This document shows, one piece after another, positions 23,917 through 36,394 of a stretch of DNA of 64,000 nt (positions within the stretch are counted from its first letter, which is position 1; the number at the start of each line of letters is the position of its first letter). Position numbers and translations under genes: made by a program. The DNA lies in contig ML978129.1 of assembly GCA_010015805.1 (NCBI GenBank), forward strand, positions 1,612,001 to 1,676,000, written 5' to 3'. The notes beneath the pieces were generated by a model. The model ran no database searches and was not told the DNA's origin. It saw nothing but the letters and a program-made list of their open reading frames with translations. This DNA is from Rhizodiscina lignyota (Eukaryota).

Positions 23917-26499
23917 CTAGTTGACGGTCATTTTCGGTACGCGGCGGCTGGAGCTTGTTGGCCTGTCCTCATCATCGGACGTTGGCGCGCTCTCGACATG
24001 CGGCTGTGGATAGGCACCTGGGCTTGGACTGACTGAAGATTTCCCGGTACGAACCGATGTCGAACTTCTACCTGAACTGACCCCTTGAGAAGGGCCCAAA
24101 GATGCTCCTCGCTGGTGCCGAGGCGTCCGCGCGCGAAGATGAGACGTACCAGTCCCACCACTGCGAGCGAACCCCGCTGGAGGAGGGACAGCCATAGCAT
24201 TATGCGAAGTTGCACTCTTCGAGTTCAGCGTTTGTTGGCGTTGGCATGTCTGCAATCCCGCTTTCAGTTTCTCAAGCTTCGACTCCAATTCAGCACGCTT
24301 CACACCGACTTCGTCCGACTCAGAACCAAGAAGGTCTATAGTTTCATCGTCCATTTCGAGAACGACAGTTGAAGCGAAGATTCCCGTCAGGCCTTCGAGG
24401 AGAGCGTTCTCTATCAAGAGTGCCGCTACGTTGTCAATGAATGTGCGCAGTGACACCTGGAGAGGTCAATATGTCTGTCAATATGGTGTGACACGAAAAT
24501 CACCTACCTCATAATATTGCCACATGTTACACAGAACCCGGTCCAAAACGCTCGTCGGCTCCTCGTACCTGTATGTGTCGCACCACAGGGTCACCATTTT
24601 CTGCTCTCTTCGCCATTCGTATGAAGGATTGAACGTAATGGCCACTGAAGATTTATGAGGCTTCAGAATCTCTTCAAGTTTAACCAAAAGAGCGGCAAGC
24701 TTCCCTTGCATCGCTGGATTGACATGCTCCCTAAGGATCGCAGCTGCACATGCTCTATCCGCAATGCTGTTTATTACGTCGTCAAGGAATCCCCGGCATG
24801 CTTCCCAGACGATTTTCACAAAAGCTTCGGCAATTTGCTCCCAATGGACGGATTGCCTTCGGAATAGGTGGCCAATCGCGAGTGGATTATAGTCTCCAGG
24901 AAGCTCACAGCCACCAGTAGCTTCGATGGAAGCCTGCACCACCTTGTCCATTTCCTTGTCGCTTATTATTTTTCTTGACATTTGAAAAGTTACCTTTTTT
25001 TGATATCGGTCAATTGGCAAGAGCTTTCGATTGTTCAACTCACAAACGCCACTGTCGCATGTATGTCCGAATCGTTCCATGACGTTGACGAAGGCTAACT
25101 CCAGCTCCTTGATTTTTGCTCGCAGCCCTGGCCGTGTCACTTCAAGCGACGTAAAAATTGAATCTCGTTCTGTGTCTTGATCAAAGAATGGGTGATCGCA
25201 AGTTCCGCTTACACCGGCTCTGACAATAAGCGGAAAGCTTTCGGCGATCTGCATGAGGTACATTCTTTTTTCTGCCATGGCCGATCTAGCAGTGCCGAGA
25301 ATCTTGACTTCGGAATCTGATTTGATAATCTCGGCTTGAATATCCGCAATAACGCCACCCAGAGATTCACATATCTTCTTGTGGAGGATCTTTCGTAGTC
25401 GTTCCCGCAAACTAATGATCCCCACGTGCCCATGGGGAAGGTCAGACCAAGGAGCCTTGTCGAAGAATTTGTGCTCGATATGGTCGCGTTCTGTAGATGG
25501 GCAGTTGCGCGTCTGGCGTTGATTGTCAGTGACGTTCCTAGCTTCTGATTTACTACGCTCACATTATAGTCTCTGTTGCGCAACATATGCCACCCAAGAG
25601 TGAAAATGAGTGGAGCCTTTTGATTCTTGGCAAGAGCGAGGATTTCCTTCTGAGCGTCCGAGCCATCATACGTCAGATCCGGCTTCGTTATGACCCCAAG
25701 AGTTCGCTCGCCTTTCTCGTCTATCTCGCGAGCCCAGGTGAGGATAACTTGAGTCGCAGCGTCATTACTCGCGGGTATGACCGCTAGAATAATACTTCGC
25801 GAGTTCCGCATGTACGATTGCACGAGCTGGCTAACAGTCTGGATATCTTCCGCAGTTTGTCCTCCGGTTTGCGCATGAATGATACCTGGAAGGTCTACCA
25901 TGGAGAGCGTGGGCCCATCGGGACGGTATACAGTCAACCTAAGAACATCTCGAAAGAAGATTGCAGGCCCAGATTGGGAGGAGAGTGCCATTTGTTCTTT
26001 TGCCGAGTCAATGATTGAAGGCAGTTCTTCAAGATCCACTGAATCTTGCTTGAACTCGTCGAATCGTTCTTTGTCCGACACTGACCTATCATCGTGCGCA
26101 ATAATAGCAACTGAAGCCGACGGCATGTCCGATCTCCGAAGAATGACTTCCGTTGCGAACGTGGTGCAGAGAAGGTCCGCAGTTGGGAATTTGACTCCGG
26201 AAATGGCTTCGAGAACCGAGCTCTTGCCAGATGATTGGTCGCCGACCACAACAATCTGCGGTAACTCAATGTGATCACCCACACCTAGAAACCGAAGTTC
26301 ATCAATAAGGTCGAGTAGCTTGCCCTGCTCCTTGTCCGATAGTTGGTCCAATATGGTCACTCCCTCCACCTCCGGTTCCTCTGGTGCAAGAGGAGTTGAT
26401 GTCCCACGGCTCTACTCAACCATAGGTAAGTAAATCGAAGGAATAGCGCTAGCAAATATTACTCACCCCGCTAAGAGAGAAAGAATTCAGTCCGTGCAT
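23917..26499 (-). CDS. Mx-like dynamin-family GTPase A (GTPase-middle-GED, no PH domain, S/P/R-rich tail)
   Basis: LPQIVVVGDQSSGKSSVLEAIS, CTTFATE, DLPG, TKPD and GED FIDNVA. Introns at 26412..26466, 25513..25562 and about 24458..24508 give a continuous frame. Confidence 0.9.
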
Positions 26500-27200
26500 T
26501 ATTCTATCCACCATTGTAAGGAGTATTGGTACAGATATATCTGGACCGAAATGAAGGAAGTTTAGAGGATTTCGACTTTCTCAGAGAAATTTGAAGAATT
26601 CACACAGTAAATTTGTGTGGCAATTTGTTCCCAGACTGAAAAGTAAACTATTTCGTAGTACTTACCATCACACCGCCGTCTTTGCTGGCTTTATCAAGAC
26701 TTTCTCACCAGCTAGCCACTGCCCACAGTGACCACAAATCAGACCGCGTATGTTACGTGCAATCTTGAGCCATCCTCCATTCTCTAGCATATAGTGCTTC
26801 TAAAGCGTCTCGCGTTAGAGGTATTTCGAGAGACTTAGAAACATCTGCTAGAAGTTCAATGGACATCAGAATCTGGACGTCAGCCATGAACGTTGCTAGC
26901 GCTGTGGAAAATTCCAAGGAAAGGACAGTTCAAGATGGATGAGTAGACTTTTGTGAAACAATGTGTACTACAAATATTAGGTTTCAAAAGCAAGTATGGG
27001 TGCTCCATCCAATCGACTGTTGCCCAAAGTGTCTTATCTGCATCACTTGGAGCACGCAATGACAGATAAGTTAGTGACGCAATTCCAGACGCGGCGATGC
27101 CTCTTGATAAAGGATTGTTCGAGTCGCTTCAGGGATTTACATCTAAGTTTGTAAAATTTGCCCTCCACGCTGCTGGACGTGCTGTTCGTATGTCCAGTGA

Positions 27201-27343
27201 CATGCTCAACTGTTGCTGTGCCGCACAAGGGGTCGCGACTCCAACCAGGTCTTTGTGGCATGGCGTCAACGTCTGTTTCAGGAGTTAGGAATCAGCATCT
27301 CTCTCGAACATTGCAAGGAAGGAGATACGATGGAAAGCGATGC
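27201..27343. repeat. Conserved non-coding element upstream of dynamin A (copy 1)
   Basis: CTGTTGCTGTGCCGCACAAGGGGTCG at 27210-27235 is identical to 31172-31197. 27260-27281 matches 31225-31246 at 20/22 positions. Confidence 0.85.
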
Positions 27344-27898
27344 GACTTTAGATGAGAATGTGATACTTCTCCTAGATAGGCTATGTATCGCGGTTAGAGG
27401 AGTGCAGCGTGACACCCCTTATAAGCCATAATGATGAGGTGAGACAGTATTATGAATGGTGCTTCTGAATGGTGGAGAACAGCAAGAAGGTTTGGAAGCC
27501 AACCGCTGCCAGAAGCTCTGGGCTTAAACGGCAATTCGGCCCCCATATGAATTGTGCCACGCCAAAATTGATTTCATTGATCAATGTGATATCGTAATTC
27601 ATCAAATACACAATCTTGGCATATCTACCAAATGCACTGGATTTTTGAATTCCATCAGTCGACATGAACCGCCGCTTCAATGATTTACCCAAAGGTTTGG
27701 AGAGCGACCCATCAAAGACACGCAGCTCAACCACTCAGACATTTGGGCTTCATGAAGCCTGTTTCAGCTACGTAAGTTGCCAGCACCTAAAGAAATACAA
27801 AGAGACATAACCGGTCATGAGATCACAAGGAGATCCATCATCAAACCTCGCCACCTTTTTTCCTCTGTAGCGGACATTGGTTGCCTGCCTTCTAGGCC

Positions 27899-30513
27899 CT
27901 ACTTCTTGTGCAGAGTGAATGAAGGCGGACTCAAAAGTTCTTGCTGTTTCCCCTCCTGACTTCCTGTCGTAGATCCATACGAGGTCATTGACGATGAGGA
28001 AGACGTTGACTCCGGAGAACTGTCGTCAACGTTGTGTGCTGACACTACACTTACGGTACTTCGAGTGGGCGAAGAATCCTGTGGCCTCGCATGAGGTGTT
28101 CTGGCAGGCGTTTCCGGAGTAAAATCATCTCCAAAATGAAGGTTGTTTAGGCTTGAGTCAAGATCATCGATTCCGAGGTGATGTCTAATCTGCGCTGTAT
28201 CTGATGAGACATTACTCGGCGATCGCTCTCCTGGGCGGGTTCGGGCTGAACAAGTACTTCAGCTCGTCTGCATCAGAGTCAAGGAGTTCTCTGTACTCAC
28301 CAGATACTGGTCGGTGTTTCCAAGGTTTGAAGAGTTCCAAAGCTGCGTCAAGATCTTTGATCTCTGCTTCCAGTTCCGCGCGCTTCTTGACGGTGCTCTC
28401 TGCCTCGGAGACAATGCTTGCTACTGTCTCAGGATCCATAGGGTATACAGTCTCTGGAGTGAAGATCTCCGGTAGATCATTCAGCAATGTCTCGTTTATT
28501 ACGAGAAAAGCAACGTTGTCGACAAACTGCAGGATTACGTGCTGTGAATCGGTCAGCGGAACGCCCCTGACGGTCGAGATCTTTGGACTCACTTTATAGT
28601 ATTCAAGCATACAATCAATAATATCGATACGAGTCGTTAGTTCGACATCATATTCCTCTTTCATCCAGCCCAGCGACGACAGTTGTGCCGCATTCTCGGC
28701 CGCAGCAATGCGCTCCTTATTCTTCTCGAACGCGGCGCTCATGACTCTGCTTCGCCTCTCTCCCTGTTTCGTAGCGACGATTACATCAAAAAAGGGGCTG
28801 TAAGTTACCATATGTGCTTTCTCGAAGGGTGCAATAACGAGCTCGAAGGTTTTCCACATGGCGGGCTTTCTTCTGCGGAGTTTTTCATTGAGGAGATAGT
28901 CGCAAAGCGCATTGTTCAGCTCAGCATCTGCACCTGTGACGTCTTTGGCCAACAATCTGATCCAATCTTCGATAGTCTCAAAAACAAGCTCGAGGTGCTC
29001 TTTGGCCAGCCGCCTCCAAGGTTGGCTTTGGTGGCGGAAGAGACCTTGGATAACAGCAGGATTGATAGTACCGCTGGGTTCGTTTGCGTGACTTACGTCA
29101 ATGAATTTTCGAACAAGTTCCAGGAATTCTTCAGTGAAGATTGGTTGAGGCGTCGCATCGTCCCCAGAACGTGGGCCAGCCGTTGCAGGTCGAGAGTCGC
29201 AGATCTCCCACCGGTGGCCATGTTCATGCATTCGTCTTGAGAATTCGTTGTTCAATTTTCGGACAATTGCACTTATTTGCCGAGGGTCGACTTCTTCAAG
29301 CGATACAGGATACTTGTCTAGTTTGCAACTTCCGTCTATGAGCCTCTCAATAAGCCGCGAGAACTTGAAACTGAGGCCGATCAAGAATTCCTTGGGATCT
29401 TCTGGTCGTGGAGGCCCAAGATTGTCCTTCTCTGCCTGCTTTGCGTCACGGAGAGTCCGAACATCGTTCTTGACGCCATCATGCGCTTGCAGGATCTTTT
29501 GGTAGAGTTTGTAGCTAAGTCGTGATCGAAGGGCTGCAGCACCAACGTGCTCTTTTGGAATTGCCGCCCAATCACCATGGGAGAAGAACCGGTCTTCTTC
29601 TTTATCTCTCTCGGCGGCCGAGAGCTTCTCTTGCTGTTTATAGCTTAGTACGCGCTCCTCACTCAATTGTGGAATCGCTTACCCCAGAACCTCTATTCTT
29701 CAGCACATGCCATTCCTGTTTATATCGTGGATTCGTTCCCTTTGCGAAAGAGATATAAGTGTCTTTGCAAGCCTCGTCATTTGTTGCATCGGGTTTTGTG
29801 ATCACCCCAAACGTGCGACGACATTCTGGGTCAGCCCTTTCCGCAATCTCCAATGCCGCTTGACAGTAGCGCTCGTATGCCGCGGAGACGATTGTCATGA
29901 TGATGGCCTGAGGATTAGAGACATATTTCTTGACCAGGCTGTTCACAATTTCCTTGTCGTTTGACTCGATGTTGTCTGTTGATTGAATCAGGCCTGGAAG
30001 GTCTACGAGATCCAGTGGGGGAGTGTCTGGGCCAGAGATCTCCACATGAAGGGTATGGTCTGAAAAGATGGACATTTCAGGGGTGCGTTTCTCTTTGATG
30101 TACTGTTTTGCCTTCTCGATACATTCAGGAACTTGCTCAGGGGATGAGCAAGAGGCGCGGAATTTTTTCATGGCCTCAGCCACCTCTGGGGTGCTTTGTT
30201 CCCCAGGCACAATGGAGACGGACCCTCTCCAGGCTGGCTCGGTGCGCATAATCAGCTCTGTCGCGAAGGTTGTGCATGTTCCAGGCTTTGACGGGAAGCG
30301 AATCCGAGATATTGCATCCAGGACAGAGCTTTTACCAGATGACTGATCGCCAACGACAACCAGTTGGGGAAGGTCGATGTCGCGAAGCTTAAGCCCTTTA
30401 AGGGTCTTGATTGTGTCAAGAAGTTCTCGCTGCTCGTCGTTTTGGAGTTGCTGAAGTGCCTCCTGACTGGAAGTGTCAGCAACAGAAGCATTCTCTTTGT
30501 TATTGGCGGCCAT
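27899..30513 (-). CDS. Mx-like dynamin-family GTPase B (GTPase-middle-GED, Ser-rich tail)
   Basis: LPQLVVVGDQSSGKSSVLDAIS, CTTFATE, DLPG, TKPD, LKNR and GED FVDNVA. Introns near 29633-29681, 28543-28593 and 28201-28301; last exon inferred. Confidence 0.88.
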
Positions 30514-31162
30514 TATGTAGATTGACAATAAATGATTCGCTTCAGAATAAGGGAAAGATTAAAGGTTGACAGCTTTGAGGAAAGATGTTCGAAGAGATAG
30601 GGAGATGAAGTCAATATATCCTGTATATATTGTTCTGAAGTTTTCTTATCTGTGTACTTCTCTTCTGTTTTTATAACTTCAGATCCTCGAAGTAACTGCT
30701 TCGTTCCGAGGCTCGACATCCGGAGTCTAATCTTAGCTCCGCTTCGATGTGCGCCAGAATCTCTAACATGACCTGAGGTACATCAGGCGGCCCCATGGAT
30801 TGAAATGGTGGTCGCAAGGGGCATCATTTGGTCGTTGAGTGAACTTGATGTGAAGGATTCTGTTGGTCAATTGGTAAGACACTATCACGCGCGTTCTACA
30901 CGAATGGACGCGCGAAGACGAATGAGATACCAACATATCAACCATAAATGTGGTACCTAGGCGCCCGAGGCACTAAGCGCTTGATAAAAGTGTGTGGCGT
31001 GTATCGTCATGCGGCGATCTGCCACAAATGTGGAAACGGACCGAGGGCTTCGTGCTCAAGAACCCAGGACGTTGGGCTCACTGCTTCGCTGAATTGTATT
31101 GAGGCATTATTTTGGGTTGCCAGGAACCATACAGTTGGAACTTGATCGTGAGAATGTAGTGC

Positions 31163-31311
31163 CATGGCGAGCTGTTGCTGTGCCGCACAAGGGGTCGAGA
31201 CAGATGCCTCCGGGGCTTCGCGGGATGGCGTCGACATCTGTTTCAGCCTTTCCAAAGGCAAGGATGCCTCTTCATCTATTGCCAACGGGAAGAGATGTTT
31301 GGAAACGATGC
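31163..31311. repeat. Conserved non-coding element upstream of dynamin B (copy 2)
   Basis: Direct-repeat homologue of 27201..27343, same orientation relative to its dynamin gene. Confidence 0.85.
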
Positions 31312-31702
31312 TGAGTGGGAAGACTGTGGGGCGTTTGGAGTGGAAGACGATGAGTTGAGGTCGGAGCGATCCCGAAGTCGGAGAATGGCCCATGCCCGAT
31401 TCGGAATTCTGATGAACCTACAACAGCGATGTGAAGATTCCTCTATGCTGTGTGCAGAGCTACCTCCTTTTTAAAGAAGACAGGTCTCTTTTATCAGGGA
31501 AGGACACCCATTGCGACATCTAGCGCGGAAGCACGCAATTGTCCTTCAGACTTTGAGCTGACAAACAAACTTGTTTGCTGTTGAAGTTGAGACGTATTTT
31601 CCTATCTATAATCCTTTCGAACTCGTTCTAAAGAGACCCGTTGTAACTATTGAGCCTCCCTATTATACCATTAAGCTCCTATCGTTCCATTGCCGCACAA
31701 AT

Positions 31703-32716
31703 ATGGCCGTTAACGGGCAAGAGGAGGATTTTTGGTTATTCGGGTACGGGTATGTACAGATGTACCAATTTGCAGTTACCGAATCTCTTCGTACTAAGCA
31801 TGTTTCAGGTCACTGATATGGAAGCCCCCTCCACACTTTGGTTTGTCTATGTCTTATTGATTTTACTGCTATATGTTCACACTTCCAGATATTCGCCTAC
31901 CGGGTTACATAGAAGGATACGTGCGCCGATTCTGGCAGGTAAGCACCCGCTGCCGTATCGACGAATGATGACCGACGCTCTGTTCTAGGCTAGGTTAGAG
32001 ATATCTCATGATATCGAGTTCCTTTTTGACTAACTACCGGATAGTGAGGATCATCGCGGTACTCCCGAAGGCATGCTACTAACTCCCACATAACTTTGAC
32101 ATGACTGATGGACATGAATTGCAGCTCCTGGACGTGTCGTCACGCTCATCGATCTCGAACACTGGAGAACTCTTACAGATCACGTATGTTAAACTCTGGC
32201 TCATCCTCATATTCCCTCTGGGCTCAACTTTCTCAGCATGTCTCAGCACCAGAGCGAGTATGGGGTGCAGCCTACCACATCCCGCCTGAGCACGTGTCGG
32301 AGGTGCGAGACTACCTCGACATCCGGGAGATCAACGGCTACAGCATTCAATACACGCCATTTCACCGCTCGGACTTAACACACGAGACTCTGAACTGTCT
32401 GGTCTACATCGGACTTCCATCAAACCCACAGTTCCTCGGCCCTCAGGATCCGGATGCATTGGCACGGCACATTCTCAAGAGCAAGGGCCCAAGCGGAGAG
32501 AACAAGGAATATCTCTACATGCTTGAGGAAGCACTTGAGGGACTCAGCAGCGAGAGTGGTGATGAGCACATCAGTGATTTGGCGAGGAGGTGTAAGGCGC
32601 TGGAGACAAAGGGATATGCTGGACCCGGACACGCTGACGGGGATCAGCCATCGCACAGTGAGCACTTGCACAAGGTTGGGAGCACAGAAGAGCAAGAAGA
32701 AGTAGAAAAGGTGTGA
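31703..32716 (+). CDS. ChaC-family glutathione-specific gamma-glutamylcyclotransferase (Gcg1-like)
   Basis: Spliced product [64 protein letters not shown]. Seven exons, including a 5-nt microexon. Confidence 0.92.
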
Positions 32717-32885
32717 AGCCGACTCCTATTATCATCGCATGATTTCATGTAAGCTCAAGGAGACTGTCATAGAGGCATAGACCTTAGAGAATTCCTGCCG
32801 TCGTTTCTTCGACTGTCTGTCCTCATTGTGTCTAGACAAACTTTTGCGCACCGTATTGCGAAGGTGGAGCAACCGTGTTGAACTT

Positions 32886-33921
32886 CTACAAAAACTTGCT
32901 GGCCAGGCTCATGAGGCCGCCGCCGCCGCTTCCGCCCATCTCAGACTTCATGTACCTGTATGTATTATCAGTGTTCTATTTGAGTTCGCATATCATGTTT
33001 CACTCACATCTTCAGCGCCATCTGCGCAGCGGAAGAAACAGCATCCTGCTTGCTGCCCATCGCATTGCCCTGGCTGCTCTGCTGATCGAACAGTTTCGCC
33101 GCCTGGCCCATCGCCATGCCGACGAATGCATTCTGGCCTCCTCCGGAGCCTCCACCAGAACCACCCGTAAACATCTTCAACGCTTGCATAGCAGCGGCAG
33201 AGCCCATACTTCCACTGCTTGCGCTACCACCGCCACCGCCGCCACCGCCATAGAACTGCTGATGAGCTTGCACGGCGCCTTGCTCGTCCACGTCCTCGTT
33301 CTGGAGCTGACTCTTCTTGCCGCCGAGCATACCGAGCACGCTGCTGAACATGCTCCTGTCCCCTGAATCCCCGGAATGCTGCTGCGCATGCGACAAGGCC
33401 GAGGACATGTCGTTATCGTCATTGGACCCTGCTCCGCCGCCACCATAGGATGTCCCAGTGGAAGACTGTTGACCATATGACTGATCGCCGTAGCCACCTC
33501 CTTGACGACGATTTTCGCTGCTGCCGTAGTCTCCACCTCCCGAGCCACCATACGAGTCAGACTGGTTGTTGTATTCCCCTCCAGCCCCGTGACGACGGCC
33601 TTCACTGCCACCGCTATCTCCGCCGTATCCTCCACCTTGGCGGCCTTCGCTATAACCTCCGCTGTCCCCACCATATCTACCTCCGCTTTGGCCCTCCCCT
33701 CCGTAGTTTCCACCACCCTGGCCGCCGCCGTACTCATTTCCTCCCTGTCGGCCGCCATATCCACCGGAATCTCCATACGATCCCTGGCCTCCATCATTGC
33801 CACCATATCCTTCTCCTTGACCTTGACCTCCACGCTGTTGTCTACCGCCATATTCCCCGGATTCACCACCATAGCTGCCTCCTCCACGGCCGCCTTGGTT
33901 GTAGTCGTCGTTGTAGGACAT
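32886..33921 (-). CDS. Glycine-rich conserved fungal protein (resembles 'beta-flanking protein' family)
   Basis: Gly/Tyr/Ser-rich N-terminus, then AHQQFYG, SMGSAAAMQALKMF and GMAMGQAAKLFD. One intron gives the C-terminus YMKSEMGGSGGGGLMSLASKFL. Confidence 0.8.
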
Positions 33922-34417
33922 TTTCAGTGCGTATCCTTTTGGTCTGACGCTGAAGCGTTTGGGCTGGGATATTGCCTGATGGAACATTGTGAGATTGTGC
34001 TTTCTGAGTTTTCAGAAGTAATACAGAGTTTCTGGAACGGGGACAGAGGTACGAGGAAGAAGCTCAGCAAGGAAGCATTTGAAAGAAATTCGAGGCAAAT
34101 AATGAGAGAAGCCTGTGAGCTTGAGGCACACAACTGTGACAATTAGCAAATATACGTACCTGTGAAACCGCCGGATTGCAAGCGCTGAGCTCTTGACGCT
34201 ACTCAGTACTTCAATGAGGTTGGTGAAGGTCGAGAGTGGGTGAGAGCTGGAATTCAACAAAATCGAAGACAGTAGCAGAGCTGAGGATTTAAGTCTCCCA
34301 GAATGTCGTCAATTAGAGCTTGGTTCCAAGTTCTTCGTGGTTTGATTTTCAGCTGTGATGTGCCTGATCGAATGGAGGGATTGGGTGGATCGGTGACCCC
34401 GCGATGACGTGGGCTGT

Positions 34418-34533
34418 TTGACGCGCATGAAAAGGTGATGTGGGGCAGGGAGCCAACGCGTGTCGTGGTGTGCGAGTCAAGTAGCAAGGCAGAGGCGCAC
34501 AACATGAACGTGGCTGGCTGGCGTAATTGTGGA
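34418..34533. repeat. Diverged direct repeat, copy 1
   Basis: Blocks TTGACGCGCATGA, GTGATGTGGGG, GCGAGTCAAGTAGCAAG, AACGTGGCTGGC and ATTGTGGA recur in the same order at 36395..36476. Confidence 0.85.
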
Positions 34534-35214
34534 ACGTGACTGAGATTACTCCTTTACCTCTTATTGCAATCTACATCCTCTCCTGATAGACGACCTCTGA
34601 AGTAAAAGTCCCTTCTCTCTGGAAGACAAATCTGACAACAGAATGAATCTATACTAGCTATTTTATGCTATGATTCCTATTATCTGGGAGGCATATAGAA
34701 CGCTGTACGTTTCTCCTGAGACTGCCTCTCAACAGAGGCCTTTCACAGGCACCCGACTTTTGGGTATTGCGGCCTCATTATAACAGTTTTTTTCTTCCGA
34801 GATCACTTTTCCGTGAGGACTTGAATGTCGCACCTCACTATCCATCACTTTGGATGCCTTCCCATACAGGCGCGCCTCATTTTGAGGACTTCGCCGCTTT
34901 GGATGATCTTCCCATGAAGGCTTGCTCTCTATGGAATTAGAGAGAGGCGACCTGAACTTAAGCTTTGGTGGATCGCAGGATGTGATCACCTTGATGGCCT
35001 GAGGAATGAAACGAATGAGGGCGGAACAAGAGCAAGGAGGAGGGTGTCTAAGTTGATGATGGGCAACTCACATGCACTATGTTCGATGACTGTATCCTTC
35101 CACGAGAGACGGCTAGAGGCTGGAGAAGCTGTCTCTTGCATACGGACAAGCTTCTGAGGCAGACAGGAGAAGTATCACCAAGGAGGTCAAGATAGGTGGG
35201 AGGAGTGTCCGGGA

Positions 35215-35538
35215 ATGGTCGAACGGCAGCAAGCGATTGAAAATCTGCCGGAGAATCTTGCTAGGCTGAGAGTGGAGCTAAAGAGCTGGCGGCAGGACGG
35301 AGGAGTGGCGCCCATTCCTACGCCTTTAGGATTAGATGGGACAATCCTATTGGGTGCACGTGTGCGATGGGATGAAAACACTGGACTTTTCATTCATGGA
35401 GTGCCGACAAGGAGGTACGGACTCAAAGGACCAGTGCAAAGGATGGATATGGAAATTGATTTGGCAGAACATGAGGTGTCCATTGACGAGCTGCAAGACT
35501 GGGTCAAGACAAATATCATACACGCACATAGGACATAG
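35215..35538 (+). pseudogene. Orphan 107-aa ORF, possibly the 3' remnant of a decayed gene
   Basis: Protein-like composition. The same frame stays open upstream to about 34920 except for one TGA. No family recognised. Confidence 0.25.
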
Positions 35539-36394
35539 CCAGTAATGATCAGTCATAGAAATAGTTGCAATGATAAAGTTTTTAGGACTATTGAAAACGA
35601 TGATCGATTTGATCGCTTGTATGAGCACCCGGAAAGGGCATCGGATGAGTCAAGTAGTAAAACCAACCCAACACTACTGCCACGAATGCTTTGGGCACGA
35701 CGTACGAGTGAATTCCGCTGATGTTTATATTAATGCTCGTCAAACACCCGAGATTTAGCATTTAAGGCTCCTGAATTAATAGAATTGATGCTGTATATTC
35801 CAGCGGGAATAGGTATCTGATAGTCGGAGATAGTGGTAGTCATGTATGTTACCCTACTACCCGAGAATGTTACCGACAAGCCATTCGGGAAGTAGTGATA
35901 TTTTCCTAGGTCCGTGTACGCCGTATGAATAGATCCCCAAGGTCTACTGGTCTTACTGGATAACGATGAGGGTGCCGTACAGTGGATCGGTGTCGATCGC
36001 ACATTTATCTCGCTTATACCGAATCATTCTCAAACATTCAATGTCGGTATCCACGAATTTAACAGTATTAACGTATTCGTTGCATATCGACGATTCGCCT
36101 TTTACAGAGACTACGTCTAAGCGGCCGATGTAGCGTCTCTATTAGTTCTTCAAATGATTGATCGAGTAATATCAAAATTCCTCACGAGGCCGGGCACTAC
36201 GGCAAACCTACGCGATTTCACGGTTCGACAGGCAAAGCAAATCGGCTTCGGACAACCGGAGCTCGTAATTAATTATATTGATGCTGTTGAACGTACACGA
36301 ATTAGTGTTTGAAGCTTCTAACTTCAACGAATTGATGCTCGATTTCACGGCGTCCAAAAAATCGCGTCCGGAAAGAACCATGCGAAAGGTTTGC

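Noticed and set aside
25209..25562. Apparent frameshift between the two large ORFs of dynamin A
   Set aside because: A canonical 50-nt intron (25513..25562) restores the frame, so it is not a pseudogene.
33177..34146. Long alternative-frame and antisense ORFs (236 aa, 214 aa) over the Gly-rich gene
   Set aside because: Expected shadows of GGC-rich low-complexity coding sequence; no independent motifs.
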